Shown here: piece after piece, positions 19,123-27,459 of the stretch
Position numbering within the stretch: position 1 is the stretch's first letter
How the letters are laid out: the number at the start of each line of letters is the position of its first letter
Origin: Nocardioidaceae bacterium
GTDB taxonomy: Bacteria > Actinomycetota > Actinomycetes > Propionibacteriales > Nocardioidaceae
DNA: 44,597 bases
Direction of reading: 5' to 3'
NCBI GenBank assembly: GCA_013696975.1
Contig: JACCXO010000049.1
Location: 1-44,597, forward strand
Notes under the pieces: model-generated
Databases searched by the model: none
Told to the model about the DNA's origin: nothing
Seen by the model: only the letters and a program-made list of their open reading frames with translations
Position numbers and translations under genes: made by a program

Positions 19123-20717
19123 GGCAACTTCTGGATGCGAGTATCTGAACTTGCCAGGCCGGTGTCCGACATCGTGGCTAGTGCCCGTAGTGCGACCTCT
19201 CGGTCATCGAAGGGCAACACCTGACCATCGACCTCCTGGCCCAACTCATGGCCCTTGCCGGCGATGAGCACGGCGTCACCGGCGCGGGCTGCGGCTAGGG
19301 CTGACCGGATGGCCGTCTCACGGTCCGCCATCTCCAGCACGTCAGCCTTGCTCCCGAGGGCTGCCCTGGCACCGGCGAGCAGCTCAGCACGGATGCCGGC
19401 CGGATCCTCAGTGCGCGGGTTGTCGTCGGTCACGATGACGATGTCAGCCAAGCGCGCAGCGATCTCGCCCATGACCGGTCGCTTGCCGGCGTCGCGATCT
19501 CCCCCTGCGCCGAGAACGATGATCACCTTGCCCTTCGTGACCACGCGCAGCGCTTCCAGAGCCGCCGTGACGGCGTCTGGCTTGTGCGCATAGTCGATCA
19601 GCACCGTAAACGGCTGACCCTGGTCGACGCGCTCCATCCGACCACGCACCGAGCGCAGCGAGGCAAGCCCAAGGGCTGCCGCTTCGACGTCCTCCCCGAC
19701 CTCACCAACCGCGGCGAGAGCGCACAATGCGTTGGCAACGTTGAAAGGCCCGGAGAGAGCAATCGTTGCCGTGAACTGCAGCTGATTCGGACCAGTCACC
19801 ACGAATATCGACCCGTCCGGCCGGGCGGTCTCGATTTCAGCGGTCCAGTCGGCGTCAGCACCCGTCGTGGAGAAGGTTCGGGTCGGGATGGCTGGCTCCG
19901 TCAACAGCCGCGCAACCCAAGGGTCGTCGAGGTTGAGAAGCGCACGTCGCGAACGTTGAGCAGTGAACAACTGCGCCTTTGCAGCGAAATAGTCGTCGAC
20001 GTCGGCGTGAAAGTCGAGGTGGTCGCGCCCGAAGTTCGTGAACACCGCGAGGTCGAAGACCACTCCGTCCGCCCGACCCATCACCAGCGCGTGACTCGAG
20101 ACCTCCATCGCGCAGGTTTCGACTCCTCGCTCGACCATGACGGCGAACAACGCGTGCAGGTCAGGAGCCTCAGGTGTGGTGAGCGCTGTTGCGACCGGGT
20201 GCCCGTCGATCCAGGTGCCCATGGTTCCGATGACGGCCGCAGAGCGACCCCGCGCCTGCAACCCGGACGTGAGGAGCTGGGTCGTGGTCGTCTTGCCTTG
20301 GGTCCCGGTGACACCGATCAAGGTCAAAGAGCGAGCGGGGTGGCCGTAGATCACCGCCGCCAGTTCTCCCAGCTGACGACGCGGCTGCTCGACCACCAGA
20401 GTCGGCAGGCCGGCCTCTTCGCCATACGCAGCGCCAAGCCCGTCAGTGAGTACGGCCACTGCTCCCCGCTCCGCGGCCTCGCCGACGAAACGCGCACCGT
20501 GGTGCCGAGCCCCGGGCAAGGCGGCGTACAGATCGCCTGGTCTCACCGAGCCAGACGCCAGCGCAATTCCGGTGACCGCCGCTGTGCCTGAGCCGGCAGT
20601 CTGGAGGCCGAGATGGGCAGCCGAGAGCCCGAGATGACCAGCGAGGACGGCCAGCGAGACCGGAGCGACCGTGACGGGGCGCGCCGAGATGCTGGGGACG
20701 GATTCGTCGGATGACAC
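19119..20717 (-). CDS. murE: UDP-N-acetylmuramoyl-L-alanyl-D-glutamate--2,6-diaminopimelate ligase
   Basis: P-loop GVTGTQGKTTT and a DNPR motif (VTDDNPRTEDP) characteristic of DAP-adding MurE. The start codon is GTG. Confidence 0.93.
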   Translation of the reverse strand: MSSDESVPSISARPVTVAPVSLAVLAGHLGLSAAHLGLQTAGSGTAAVTGIALASGSVRPGDLYAALPGARHHGARFVGEAAERGAVAVLTDGLGAAYGEEAGLPTLVVEQPRRQLGELAAVIYGHPARSLTLIGVTGTQGKTTTTQLLTSGLQARGRSAAVIGTMGTWIDGHPVATALTTPEAPDLHALFAVMVERGVETCAMEVSSHALVMGRADGVVFDLAVFTNFGRDHLDFHADVDDYFAAKAQLFTAQRSRRALLNLDDPWVARLLTEPAIPTRTFSTTGADADWTAEIETARPDGSIFVVTGPNQLQFTATIALSGPFNVANALCALAAVGEVGEDVEAAALGLASLRSVRGRMERVDQGQPFTVLIDYAHKPDAVTAALEALRVVTKGKVIIVLGAGGDRDAGKRPVMGEIAARLADIVIVTDDNPRTEDPAGIRAELLAGARAALGSKADVLEMADRETAIRSALAAARAGDAVLIAGKGHELGQEVDGQVLPFDDREVALRALATMSDTGLASSDTRIQKLP

Positions 20718-20736
20718 GTGCAGAGGTTATCGGCGC

Positions 20737-22647
20737 TCACCAGGCTATGGGCAGCGCGGGTGAACGACGCCCGGTCGGCGAAACTCCGTATTTCTGCAGT
20801 GCAGCAGCCATCAGGTCGTGGAAGACCGGACCCCCAGCGCTGCCGCCGCCACTGCCGTCGGTCGGTTCCTGGATCACCACGTAGACCACGAATCGGGGTT
20901 CGTCCGCCGGGGCGAAGCCCGCGAACGAGATAGTGAAGCCTCGGTAGCCGCCCTGCTCGCTCGCCCGCTGCGCCGTACCGGTCTTGCCGGCCACGCGATA
21001 GCCGTTGATGGCGGCGAGCGGTGCCGTGCCCTCGGGCCCGGTGACGCCCTCCATCATGTGGGCGACCTGCTTGGCTGTCTTGACACTGATGACTCGGTGT
21101 CTGCTTGGCGCATCGGCACCCTCGAGCGCGCCATCACTGCCGACATACCCGCTCACGAGGGAGGGTTTGACGTAGACACCGTCGTTGGCGATCGCCGAGA
21201 GCGCCGTGGACATCTGGACGGCGTTGACGCTGAGACCCTGTCCAAAGGAGATGGTGTCGCGGCTGATCGGCAGCCAGTCGGCAGGCTCGGGGAGCAGTCC
21301 ACCGCTCTCACCGATGAGGCCCACGCCGGTCGGTTCGCCGAGGCCGAAGCTGCGCAGGTAGCGATGCAGCTGCGGGATGGGCATCTGCTCGGCTGACAAG
21401 GCGGTGCCGATGTTGGACGACCTGGCCAGCACACCGGCTGCCGTCAGCCGCAGGGTGCCATGGTCGAAGTAGTCGTTGATGGTGCTGTCTGCGCGCGGCA
21501 GGCTCGGAGGAACCGTGATCTTCGTCTTCGGCTTGACGTAACCCGCGTCGATCAGCGCCGCAAAGGTGAGCGCCTTCTGGACACTGCCGGGTTCGTAGAC
21601 GTCCATGAGCGCCCGGGAACCGTAGTTCTTCTCTGCTGTCGCCATCCACTCGTTGGGGTCGTATGTCGGATAGTCCGCCAACGCCAATAGCTCACCGGTC
21701 TCGACGTCTTGGACCACAGCGACACCCGAGCTCCCCCCGGTCTCTTTGACGGCTTGCGCGAGGCGGCGCTGGGCCAGGAACTGCAGATCCTGGTCGATGG
21801 TGAGTTTCACACCGGTGCCCTCGATGGGCGCAGTCACCGTGCTGTCCGCGAGTGGGATCTGCTGTTCGTCCGCCATCAGGTAGGTGGCAGAACCGTCCTT
21901 ACCCGCCAACAGCGAGTCGAGTGCGCGCTCGAACCCGTACAGACCCCCGCCTTCGGCGCCTGTGAAGCCCAATAGATTCGCCGCGACGTCGCCCGCCGGA
22001 TAGAAGCGCGCAGTGTCGTCGTAGGCGAAGACCCCTCCAAGGTCCGCGGAGTTCAGGCCGTTGACCACGGCTTCGGCTTGTCTGTCCGGAAGGTGGCGGG
22101 CGAGCTCCACATAGCGGGTGTCCTTCTTCAGCAGCTCGAGAGTGGCGATGTAGTCGACTCCGACCCGCCGGTGAAGACGGGTGGCGACTGCCGCCGGATC
22201 CCTGATCATGGCGGGGTCAGCCACCAACTTCGCCGCATCCACCGTCTGTGCCAGGGCCACGCCGTTGCGGTCATAGATAGGTGCGCGTGGAGCTTGCAGC
22301 GCAACCGTCTTCGCGCCCTTCTGCACCGCCATTTGGGCGTAGTCGTTCTCATCGATGCCTTGCAGTTGGATCAACCGTGCCGCAAAGAGCGACAACACGA
22401 ACGCCAAGACTCCTAAGGCGCTCCAGAGCCGTCCTGCGCCGTGGGCCACGGTTTCGGCAACACTGCTTCCCGAGGTCGGACGCCTTCTCGGAGCCGGCTG
22501 CCTCGGAGCCGGCTGCTTTCCTCGAGTCGGGCGTTGTCGTGTCGCCGGTCGCGCAGCCACAGGTCGCCCGGACGCCGGTCGCCCGGACGCCGGTCGCTTC
22601 GCCGCCTTGGACCGACCACTAGCGCCGTTCGGGGTGTGCTCAGCCAC
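20737..22647 (-). CDS. ftsI: Division-specific class B penicillin-binding protein (FtsI/PbpB)
   Basis: Contains SxxK (GSVQK), SxN (SSN) and KTG (KTGTA) motifs. The N-terminal cytoplasmic tail is Arg/Pro-rich, followed by one TM segment. I chose the GTG at 22647, overlapping the ftsL stop region; 636 aa. The track ORF extends through ftsL. Confidence 0.9.
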   Translation of the reverse strand: MAEHTPNGASGRSKAAKRPASGRPASGRPVAARPATRQRPTRGKQPAPRQPAPRRRPTSGSSVAETVAHGAGRLWSALGVLAFVLSLFAARLIQLQGIDENDYAQMAVQKGAKTVALQAPRAPIYDRNGVALAQTVDAAKLVADPAMIRDPAAVATRLHRRVGVDYIATLELLKKDTRYVELARHLPDRQAEAVVNGLNSADLGGVFAYDDTARFYPAGDVAANLLGFTGAEGGGLYGFERALDSLLAGKDGSATYLMADEQQIPLADSTVTAPIEGTGVKLTIDQDLQFLAQRRLAQAVKETGGSSGVAVVQDVETGELLALADYPTYDPNEWMATAEKNYGSRALMDVYEPGSVQKALTFAALIDAGYVKPKTKITVPPSLPRADSTINDYFDHGTLRLTAAGVLARSSNIGTALSAEQMPIPQLHRYLRSFGLGEPTGVGLIGESGGLLPEPADWLPISRDTISFGQGLSVNAVQMSTALSAIANDGVYVKPSLVSGYVGSDGALEGADAPSRHRVISVKTAKQVAHMMEGVTGPEGTAPLAAINGYRVAGKTGTAQRASEQGGYRGFTISFAGFAPADEPRFVVYVVIQEPTDGSGGGSAGGPVFHDLMAAALQKYGVSPTGRRSPALPIAW

Positions 22648-23221
22648 GTGGCTTCCCTTCGTCCGTGCGCGGTTTCTCCTGGCCAGGGCGGTCACGGTCG
22701 GGTTTCGCGACCGCGACGAGAGGGGCATAAAGGGTGTTGCCGGCGCCAGCGACCGGGGCATCGATCTTGCCGTTGCCCACGGCCCCAGCACCCGGAGTCC
22801 CCAGGCCCACGTCAACTTGGTTCGCCTCGTCAGCGGCGAGTTGCTTGCCGATGATTGATCCGCTGGCCAGGGACAAGAACACTGGACTGTCGTTTTGCAC
22901 CATGCCGAGCTGGATCGCCTGTTGAGCCACCCGTTGCGGGTCTTGCAGCCCCCCCACCTTCGTCTGGAGCAACTCCCGTCGCACCTCGAGCGCATTGAAC
23001 TCGTTCCGGAGGTCGGTTGCGGCATAGGCCCCTCGCTGCAGCGCCGTGTTGAGCAGCAGCAAGCCGACGAGGCCACTCACAAGCAACATCATGACAAACA
23101 AGACGAAAGGTAGCCGCGGCGCCTGCGAGTTCGGCTGGGCAACGATCGTCAGCCGCTGACGCGGCACGACAGTGGCGGGGTCCAACACCCGTGCTCTTCC
23201 CGCCCAGGCATCGATGCTCAT
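22640..23221 (-). CDS. ftsL: FtsL-like septation protein (single TM plus coiled coil, extended C-terminal tail)
   Basis: It sits between rsmH and ftsI, as Rv2164c does. It has a TM helix [21 protein letters not shown] followed by a leucine-zipper-like segment. ATGA overlap with the rsmH stop. Confidence 0.75.
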   Translation of the reverse strand: MSIDAWAGRARVLDPATVVPRQRLTIVAQPNSQAPRLPFVLFVMMLLVSGLVGLLLLNTALQRGAYAATDLRNEFNALEVRRELLQTKVGGLQDPQRVAQQAIQLGMVQNDSPVFLSLASGSIIGKQLAADEANQVDVGLGTPGAGAVGNGKIDAPVAGAGNTLYAPLVAVAKPDRDRPGQEKPRTDEGKPRG

Positions 23222-24171
23222 GCGGCGTCTCGGATTCGCTCAGCGGCGCGCAGTCGTACCGACGCTGCTCGGGGGTTGGCGGTGATCTCGATCGCGGACG
23301 CAGTCTCTGCTCCACGAGTGACGAGCCGCAGCTCCGGTTCGTGCCCCAACAGCTCGACCGGTAAGTCGACCGGCGCCGTCGAACGGGCTCGGCTGGTCAA
23401 GAGCCGCTTGACCAGCCGGTCTTCGAGAGAGTGGTAGGACATGACGACGATGCGACCGCCGACTGCCAGTGCGTCCACCGCACGCGGTAATGCGCGTTCC
23501 AGAGCAGCAAGCTCGTCGTTGACCTCGATCCGCAGAGCCTGGAACGTGCGCTTCGCGGGATTCCCGCCAGTGCGTCGAGCCGGAGCTGGAATCGCGGCCC
23601 GGATGAGCTCCACCAGCCGCGCACTGCCGGCGAAGGGCGTTTCGGCCCGCTCCCGTACGACGAACTGCGCGATCCGTCGGGCGAAGCGCTCTTCGCCGTA
23701 TCGGGACAAGACCTGTGCGAGCTCGGTCGCCGAGTAGGTGTTCAACACCTCAGCGGCCGTCTTGCCGGTGGCATTGTCCATCCGCATGTCGAGGGGAGCG
23801 TCTTGGGTGTAGGAGAAACCGCGCTCGCGCACATCCAACTGGAGAGATGACACTCCCAGGTCGAACAGCACCCCCTGAACACTTGGCAGGCCGAGCTGTT
23901 GAAGCACTCGCGGGATTTCGTCGTAGACCGTATGCACGAGCGTTGTGCGTGCAGAGAAGGGCGCGAGTCGAGCCTGGGCGAAAGCTAACGCCTCTTGGTC
24001 GCGGTCGCAGCCCACGACATAGGCAGCGGGACAACGGTTCAAGATCGCCTCGGTGTGACCGCCGAGCCCCAGCGTTGCATCGACCAGCACCGAGTCCGGG
24101 GCCCCAAGTGCTGGTGCAACCAGCGCGACGACCCGGTCCAAGAGCACCGGAACGTGAAGAGGGTCGGTCAT
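23218..24171 (-). CDS. rsmH: 16S rRNA (cytosine1402-N4)-methyltransferase
   Basis: Contains [23 protein letters not shown] and [11 protein letters not shown] motifs; 317 aa. Confidence 0.95.
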   Translation of the reverse strand: MTDPLHVPVLLDRVVALVAPALGAPDSVLVDATLGLGGHTEAILNRCPAAYVVGCDRDQEALAFAQARLAPFSARTTLVHTVYDEIPRVLQQLGLPSVQGVLFDLGVSSLQLDVRERGFSYTQDAPLDMRMDNATGKTAAEVLNTYSATELAQVLSRYGEERFARRIAQFVVRERAETPFAGSARLVELIRAAIPAPARRTGGNPAKRTFQALRIEVNDELAALERALPRAVDALAVGGRIVVMSYHSLEDRLVKRLLTSRARSTAPVDLPVELLGHEPELRLVTRGAETASAIEITANPRAASVRLRAAERIRDAA

Positions 24172-24178
24172 GGTCCGC

Positions 24179-24337
24179 TCAGCCGGCTAGCTTCACGAAT
24201 GCCGTCAGCGCGAGCGCGATTGCCGAGGATGCCAGCACAGAGAAGCAGACGACGCTGACCCCGTCCTTGACCTCCTCGCGAACCCTCCGGACGCGTTGTT
24301 CTTGTTGCTGAGTGGTGACAACTCGCCAACCAGACAT
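24179..24337 (-). CDS. Candidate 52-aa tail-anchored membrane miniprotein between mraZ and rsmH (speculative)
   Basis: ATG at 24337 with GAAGGG about 7 nt upstream. The peptide is [52 protein letters not shown], with a hydrophobic C-terminal helix. The stop lies 8 nt before the rsmH ATG. GC3 is high only in the C-terminal half. It is below the ORF-track length cut-off. Confidence 0.25.
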   Translation of the reverse strand: MSGWRVVTTQQQEQRVRRVREEVKDGVSVVCFSVLASSAIALALTAFVKLAG

Positions 24338-24419
24338 GTTCGACCCTTCGACTCGTGCCCTGCGTACTTTGAGGTGCCGTTGATCAGTGCAAGGTCTGCT
24401 CGTGCAGCCAGGTCCCCGC

Positions 24420-24476
24420 CCGCTTCTTCGGTTCCGTCTGGCACCGGGGAAGGTGTGCCAGCTGGCGAAGAAGCGG
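24420..24476 (-). promoter_or_regulatory. Extended stem-loop in the mraZ-rsmH spacer (possible attenuator, processing site or 'mraW'-type leader structure)
   Basis: A perfect 11-bp stem pairs ccgcttcttcg (24420-24430) with cgaagaagcgg (24466-24476). It encloses a second 6-bp stem, tggcac (24439-24444) with gtgcca (24455-24460). It begins 39 nt after the mraZ stop. No U-tract follows on the transcribed strand. Confidence 0.4.
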
Positions 24477-24515
24477 TCCGGAGGCCAAGTCGCGCGGACA
24501 TCGACCTCCCCGCAC

Positions 24516-24953
24516 TCAGGTGGCTGCCGACACGGGTCGCACCTCCTCTGACCAGTCAGCGAAGGCTTCTTCTTGTTCGGCGTTGTAGGTGGACCACGCT
24601 GCGGCATCCCAAATCTCGACCCTGCGAAAGGCACCTATGACAACGCAATCTCGGCCCAGGCCGGCGTAGTCGCGCAGCGACTGAGGCAGGGTGATCCGAC
24701 CCTGCTTGTCGGGATTCTCCGCGGATGCTCCCGCCGAGAGCATGCGCATGAAGTCGCGACCTCGCTTGTCGGTGACGGGAGTCTGGCCGAGTTCGTTGGT
24801 GAAAGCGCGGAACTCAGCGCTTGGCCAGACATAGAGACAGCGCTCTTGGCCCTTGGTCACGACCAGGCCTTCCGACAGGTCATCTCTGAACTTCGCCGGG
24901 AGGATGAGGCGGCCCTTGTCGTCAAGGCGCGGAGTATGCGTACCGAGAAACAT
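24516..24953 (-). CDS. mraZ: Transcriptional regulator MraZ
   Basis: [24 protein letters not shown] plus a second DxxxR-type repeat ([14 protein letters not shown]), giving the duplicated SpoVT/AbrB-like fold. Tandem GGAGG motifs lie upstream. Confidence 0.95.
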   Translation of the reverse strand: MFLGTHTPRLDDKGRLILPAKFRDDLSEGLVVTKGQERCLYVWPSAEFRAFTNELGQTPVTDKRGRDFMRMLSAGASAENPDKQGRITLPQSLRDYAGLGRDCVVIGAFRRVEIWDAAAWSTYNAEQEEAFADWSEEVRPVSAAT

Positions 24954-24985
24954 GACTTCCCTCCTCCGCTCTCCTCCATTTCACG

Positions 24986-25010
24986 CCACTTTACTCCACT
25001 AACCCCCACT
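24986..25010 (-). promoter_or_regulatory. Putative MraZ operator: three AGTGG boxes at exact 10-bp spacing
   Basis: Plus-strand CCACT occurs at 24986-24990, 24996-25000 and 25006-25010. The mraZ-sense strand reads tAGTGGgggt tAGTGGagta aAGTGGcgtg. The boxes lie 33-57 nt upstream of the mraZ ATG, in the mraZ/moxR divergent region. Confidence 0.6.
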
Positions 25011-25165
25011 AGCCAACCATCGGGCGCCTACGCGTCGCGTCCCACTCCCGCCGTGACACATGCGAGCAGGGTCGATCCCGAACGGGCTTGGCGGAGATGA
25101 CAAGATCGGAGAGGACACGGCCCGGTTCAGGCGGACGTCTGACGTCGACGCTCACGAGGAGATCC

Positions 25166-26137
25166 ATGAGTAGCTTCGAGACTCTCGCCACGGTGACCGA
25201 TCGGGTGTGCAAGAACATCGAGCGTGTCATCGAGGGCAAAGCCCAGGTTGTGCGCACAGCTATCACCGTCCTGCTCGCTGAGGGTCACTTGCTCATCGAG
25301 GATGTGCCGGGTGTGGGCAAGACAATGCTGTCCAAGAGTCTGGCCAGGTCGATCGACTGTTCGGTCAAGCGCATCCAGTTCACCCCCGATCTGCTGCCAT
25401 CAGATGTGACTGGCGTGTCCATCTACAACCGTGAAACCCGTGAGTTCGAGTTCCGCCCCGGTGGGGTGTTCGCCAACATCGTGGTGGGAGACGAAATCAA
25501 CCGAGCCTCCCCGAAGACGCAGTCAGCGCTGCTCGAATGCATGGAGGAGCGGCAGGTCACGGTGGACGGCACGACATACGAGCTGACGGCGCCGTTCATG
25601 GTGATCGCCACGCAGAACCCAATCGAGATGGAGGGCACCTACTCACTGCCCGAGGCTCAGCGCGACCGCTTCATGTCCCGGTTGTCGATGGGCTACCCAG
25701 TGCCCCGATCAGAGCTGGCGATGCTCGACTCGCATTCAGCCGCAAACCCGCTCGATGACTTGGAGCCGGTCACCGACGCCGCCGAGATCGCCAAGCTGGT
25801 CGACGTGGTCCGCACGGTGCACGTCTCCGAGGCTGTCAAGCAGTACGCGATAGACATCACGTCCGCAACTCGACGGTCACCAGATCTGCGCCTCGGCGCC
25901 TCGCCCCGCGCCAGCCTGCACCTCATTCGGGCAGCCCGAGCACATGCCGCGCTGGAGGCGCGAGACTACGTGATCCCGGACGACCTGCAGACCCTGGCCG
26001 TCCCTGTGCTCGCGCACCGCCTCATCACCAACCTGGAGGCTCAAATGGGCGGACGGGGAGCTGAACAGATCGTCAGTGCACTATTGCGCTCCATCCCTAT
26101 CCCCGAGCAAGCGCCCTCGGGTCGGCGTGACGGCTAG
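25166..26137 (+). CDS. MoxR-family AAA+ ATPase
   Basis: Walker A DVPGVGKTML and Walker B IVVGDEINRASPKTQSALLE, plus the ATQNPIEMEGTYSLPEAQRDRF motif. I chose the ATG at 25166, preceded by GAGGAG; 323 aa. The TTG at 25088 is an alternative start. Confidence 0.9.
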   Translation: MSSFETLATVTDRVCKNIERVIEGKAQVVRTAITVLLAEGHLLIEDVPGVGKTMLSKSLARSIDCSVKRIQFTPDLLPSDVTGVSIYNRETREFEFRPGGVFANIVVGDEINRASPKTQSALLECMEERQVTVDGTTYELTAPFMVIATQNPIEMEGTYSLPEAQRDRFMSRLSMGYPVPRSELAMLDSHSAANPLDDLEPVTDAAEIAKLVDVVRTVHVSEAVKQYAIDITSATRRSPDLRLGASPRASLHLIRAARAHAALEARDYVIPDDLQTLAVPVLAHRLITNLEAQMGGRGAEQIVSALLRSIPIPEQAPSGRRDG

Positions 26138-26148
26138 GCGGCTTTCCT

Positions 26149-27459
26149 GTGAAGCGCGGCACGCTGTCCTCCTTGACCACTCGGGGACGCGGTTTCCTGT
26201 CGGCGGGACTGACGAGTGCGCTGTGTGCCATCGTGCTCGGCCAACGCGACCTGCTCCGGGTCGGACTGCTGTTGATCGCGCTCCCCGTCATCACAGCGCT
26301 GATCGCGAATCGGTCGCGCTATCTCTTGTCATGTTCTCGTGAGACAACACCCGCGAGGGTCGAGGTGGGCCAGGGCGCAACCGTGACCCTGACGCTCGAG
26401 AACCCAGGCCGCATTCCGACCGGGTTGATGCTGCTCGAAGACCATTTGCCCTACGTCCTCGGCACCCGACCACGATTCGTGCTCGACCAGTTGCGGCCAC
26501 GATGGCACCGATCCATGCAGTACGTCGTCCGCTCCGAGGTCCGGGGTCGCTTCAGCATCGGGCCCTTGAGCGTGCGGATCAGCGACCCATTCGGATTCGT
26601 CGAGCTCAACCGGTCCTTCACGAGCCGCGCCACGCTGGTCGTCACTCCGCAGGTGAGCGCCTTACCCACGGTGCGGTTGTCGGGTGACTGGTCGGGCACC
26701 GGCGACAACCGGCCACGGGCCTTTGCGGCGGCCGGCACCGAAGACGTCATGGTCCGCGAATATCGCCTTGGCGATGACCTACGCCGGATCCACTGGCGGT
26801 CGAGCGCTCGCGCTGACGAGCTGATGGTTCGTCGCGAGGAACAGCCACACCAGAGCCGGGCCACCTTGCTCCTTGACACTCGCACCAGCGCCCATCGCGG
26901 TTCGGGTCCGGCATCGTCTTTTGAGTATGCCGTTTCGGCTGTGGCCTCCATCGGCGCACACCTGGCCCGGGAAGGCTTCACTGTCCGGATGCTGACAGAT
27001 GGAGCACACGGCTCGACGTCGGACTGGCATGAGCGAGGCATCAGCGGTCCGGCCGAGGTGCAGCTGCTGCTCGACTCGTTGGCGGTGATGCAGACGAGTA
27101 CCCGGCGGGAGTTCGCGGGCGGCGGCGAGCAGCATTCGAGCGGCCTTGTCGTCGCGGTGCTGGGTGACGTGAACCCCACCGATATCGCCGCCTTGTCGCG
27201 ACTGCGAGCTGGTTCCACCCGCAGCCTCTGCATCCTGCTGGATGTGGCCGCCTGGGCGCGAGCCGACAATGTGGGCGCTGGCGACCTTGCTTCTGTACAG
27301 AGCCGGGCCGAAACTTTGCAGCGACAGGGCTGGACGGTAAGAATCGCCAACCCGAGCGACCGGCTGCCGAGTCTGTGGGGCGACTTCGGGAACCCTGCGA
27401 CGGCTGCGCTCAGCTACGTCCCCGATGCTGGTGTCACAGAAGGGTCACCTGCGGCATGA
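26149..27459 (+). CDS. DUF58 (vWA-like) domain protein, the usual MoxR partner
   Basis: Two N-terminal TM segments and the DUF58 signature VREYRLGDDLRRIHWRSSARADELMVRREE. GTG start 12 nt after the moxR stop. Confidence 0.88.
   Translation: MKRGTLSSLTTRGRGFLSAGLTSALCAIVLGQRDLLRVGLLLIALPVITALIANRSRYLLSCSRETTPARVEVGQGATVTLTLENPGRIPTGLMLLEDHLPYVLGTRPRFVLDQLRPRWHRSMQYVVRSEVRGRFSIGPLSVRISDPFGFVELNRSFTSRATLVVTPQVSALPTVRLSGDWSGTGDNRPRAFAAAGTEDVMVREYRLGDDLRRIHWRSSARADELMVRREEQPHQSRATLLLDTRTSAHRGSGPASSFEYAVSAVASIGAHLAREGFTVRMLTDGAHGSTSDWHERGISGPAEVQLLLDSLAVMQTSTRREFAGGGEQHSSGLVVAVLGDVNPTDIAALSRLRAGSTRSLCILLDVAAWARADNVGAGDLASVQSRAETLQRQGWTVRIANPSDRLPSLWGDFGNPATAALSYVPDAGVTEGSPAA

Noticed and set aside
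24179-24634. 151-aa ORF covering the mraZ-rsmH spacer and the 3' end of mraZ.
   Set aside because: Its N-terminal two thirds overlap mraZ out of frame and are Pro/Arg/Gly-rich. Only the last 52 codons, from an internal ATG with an RBS-like element, were kept as a speculative candidate.
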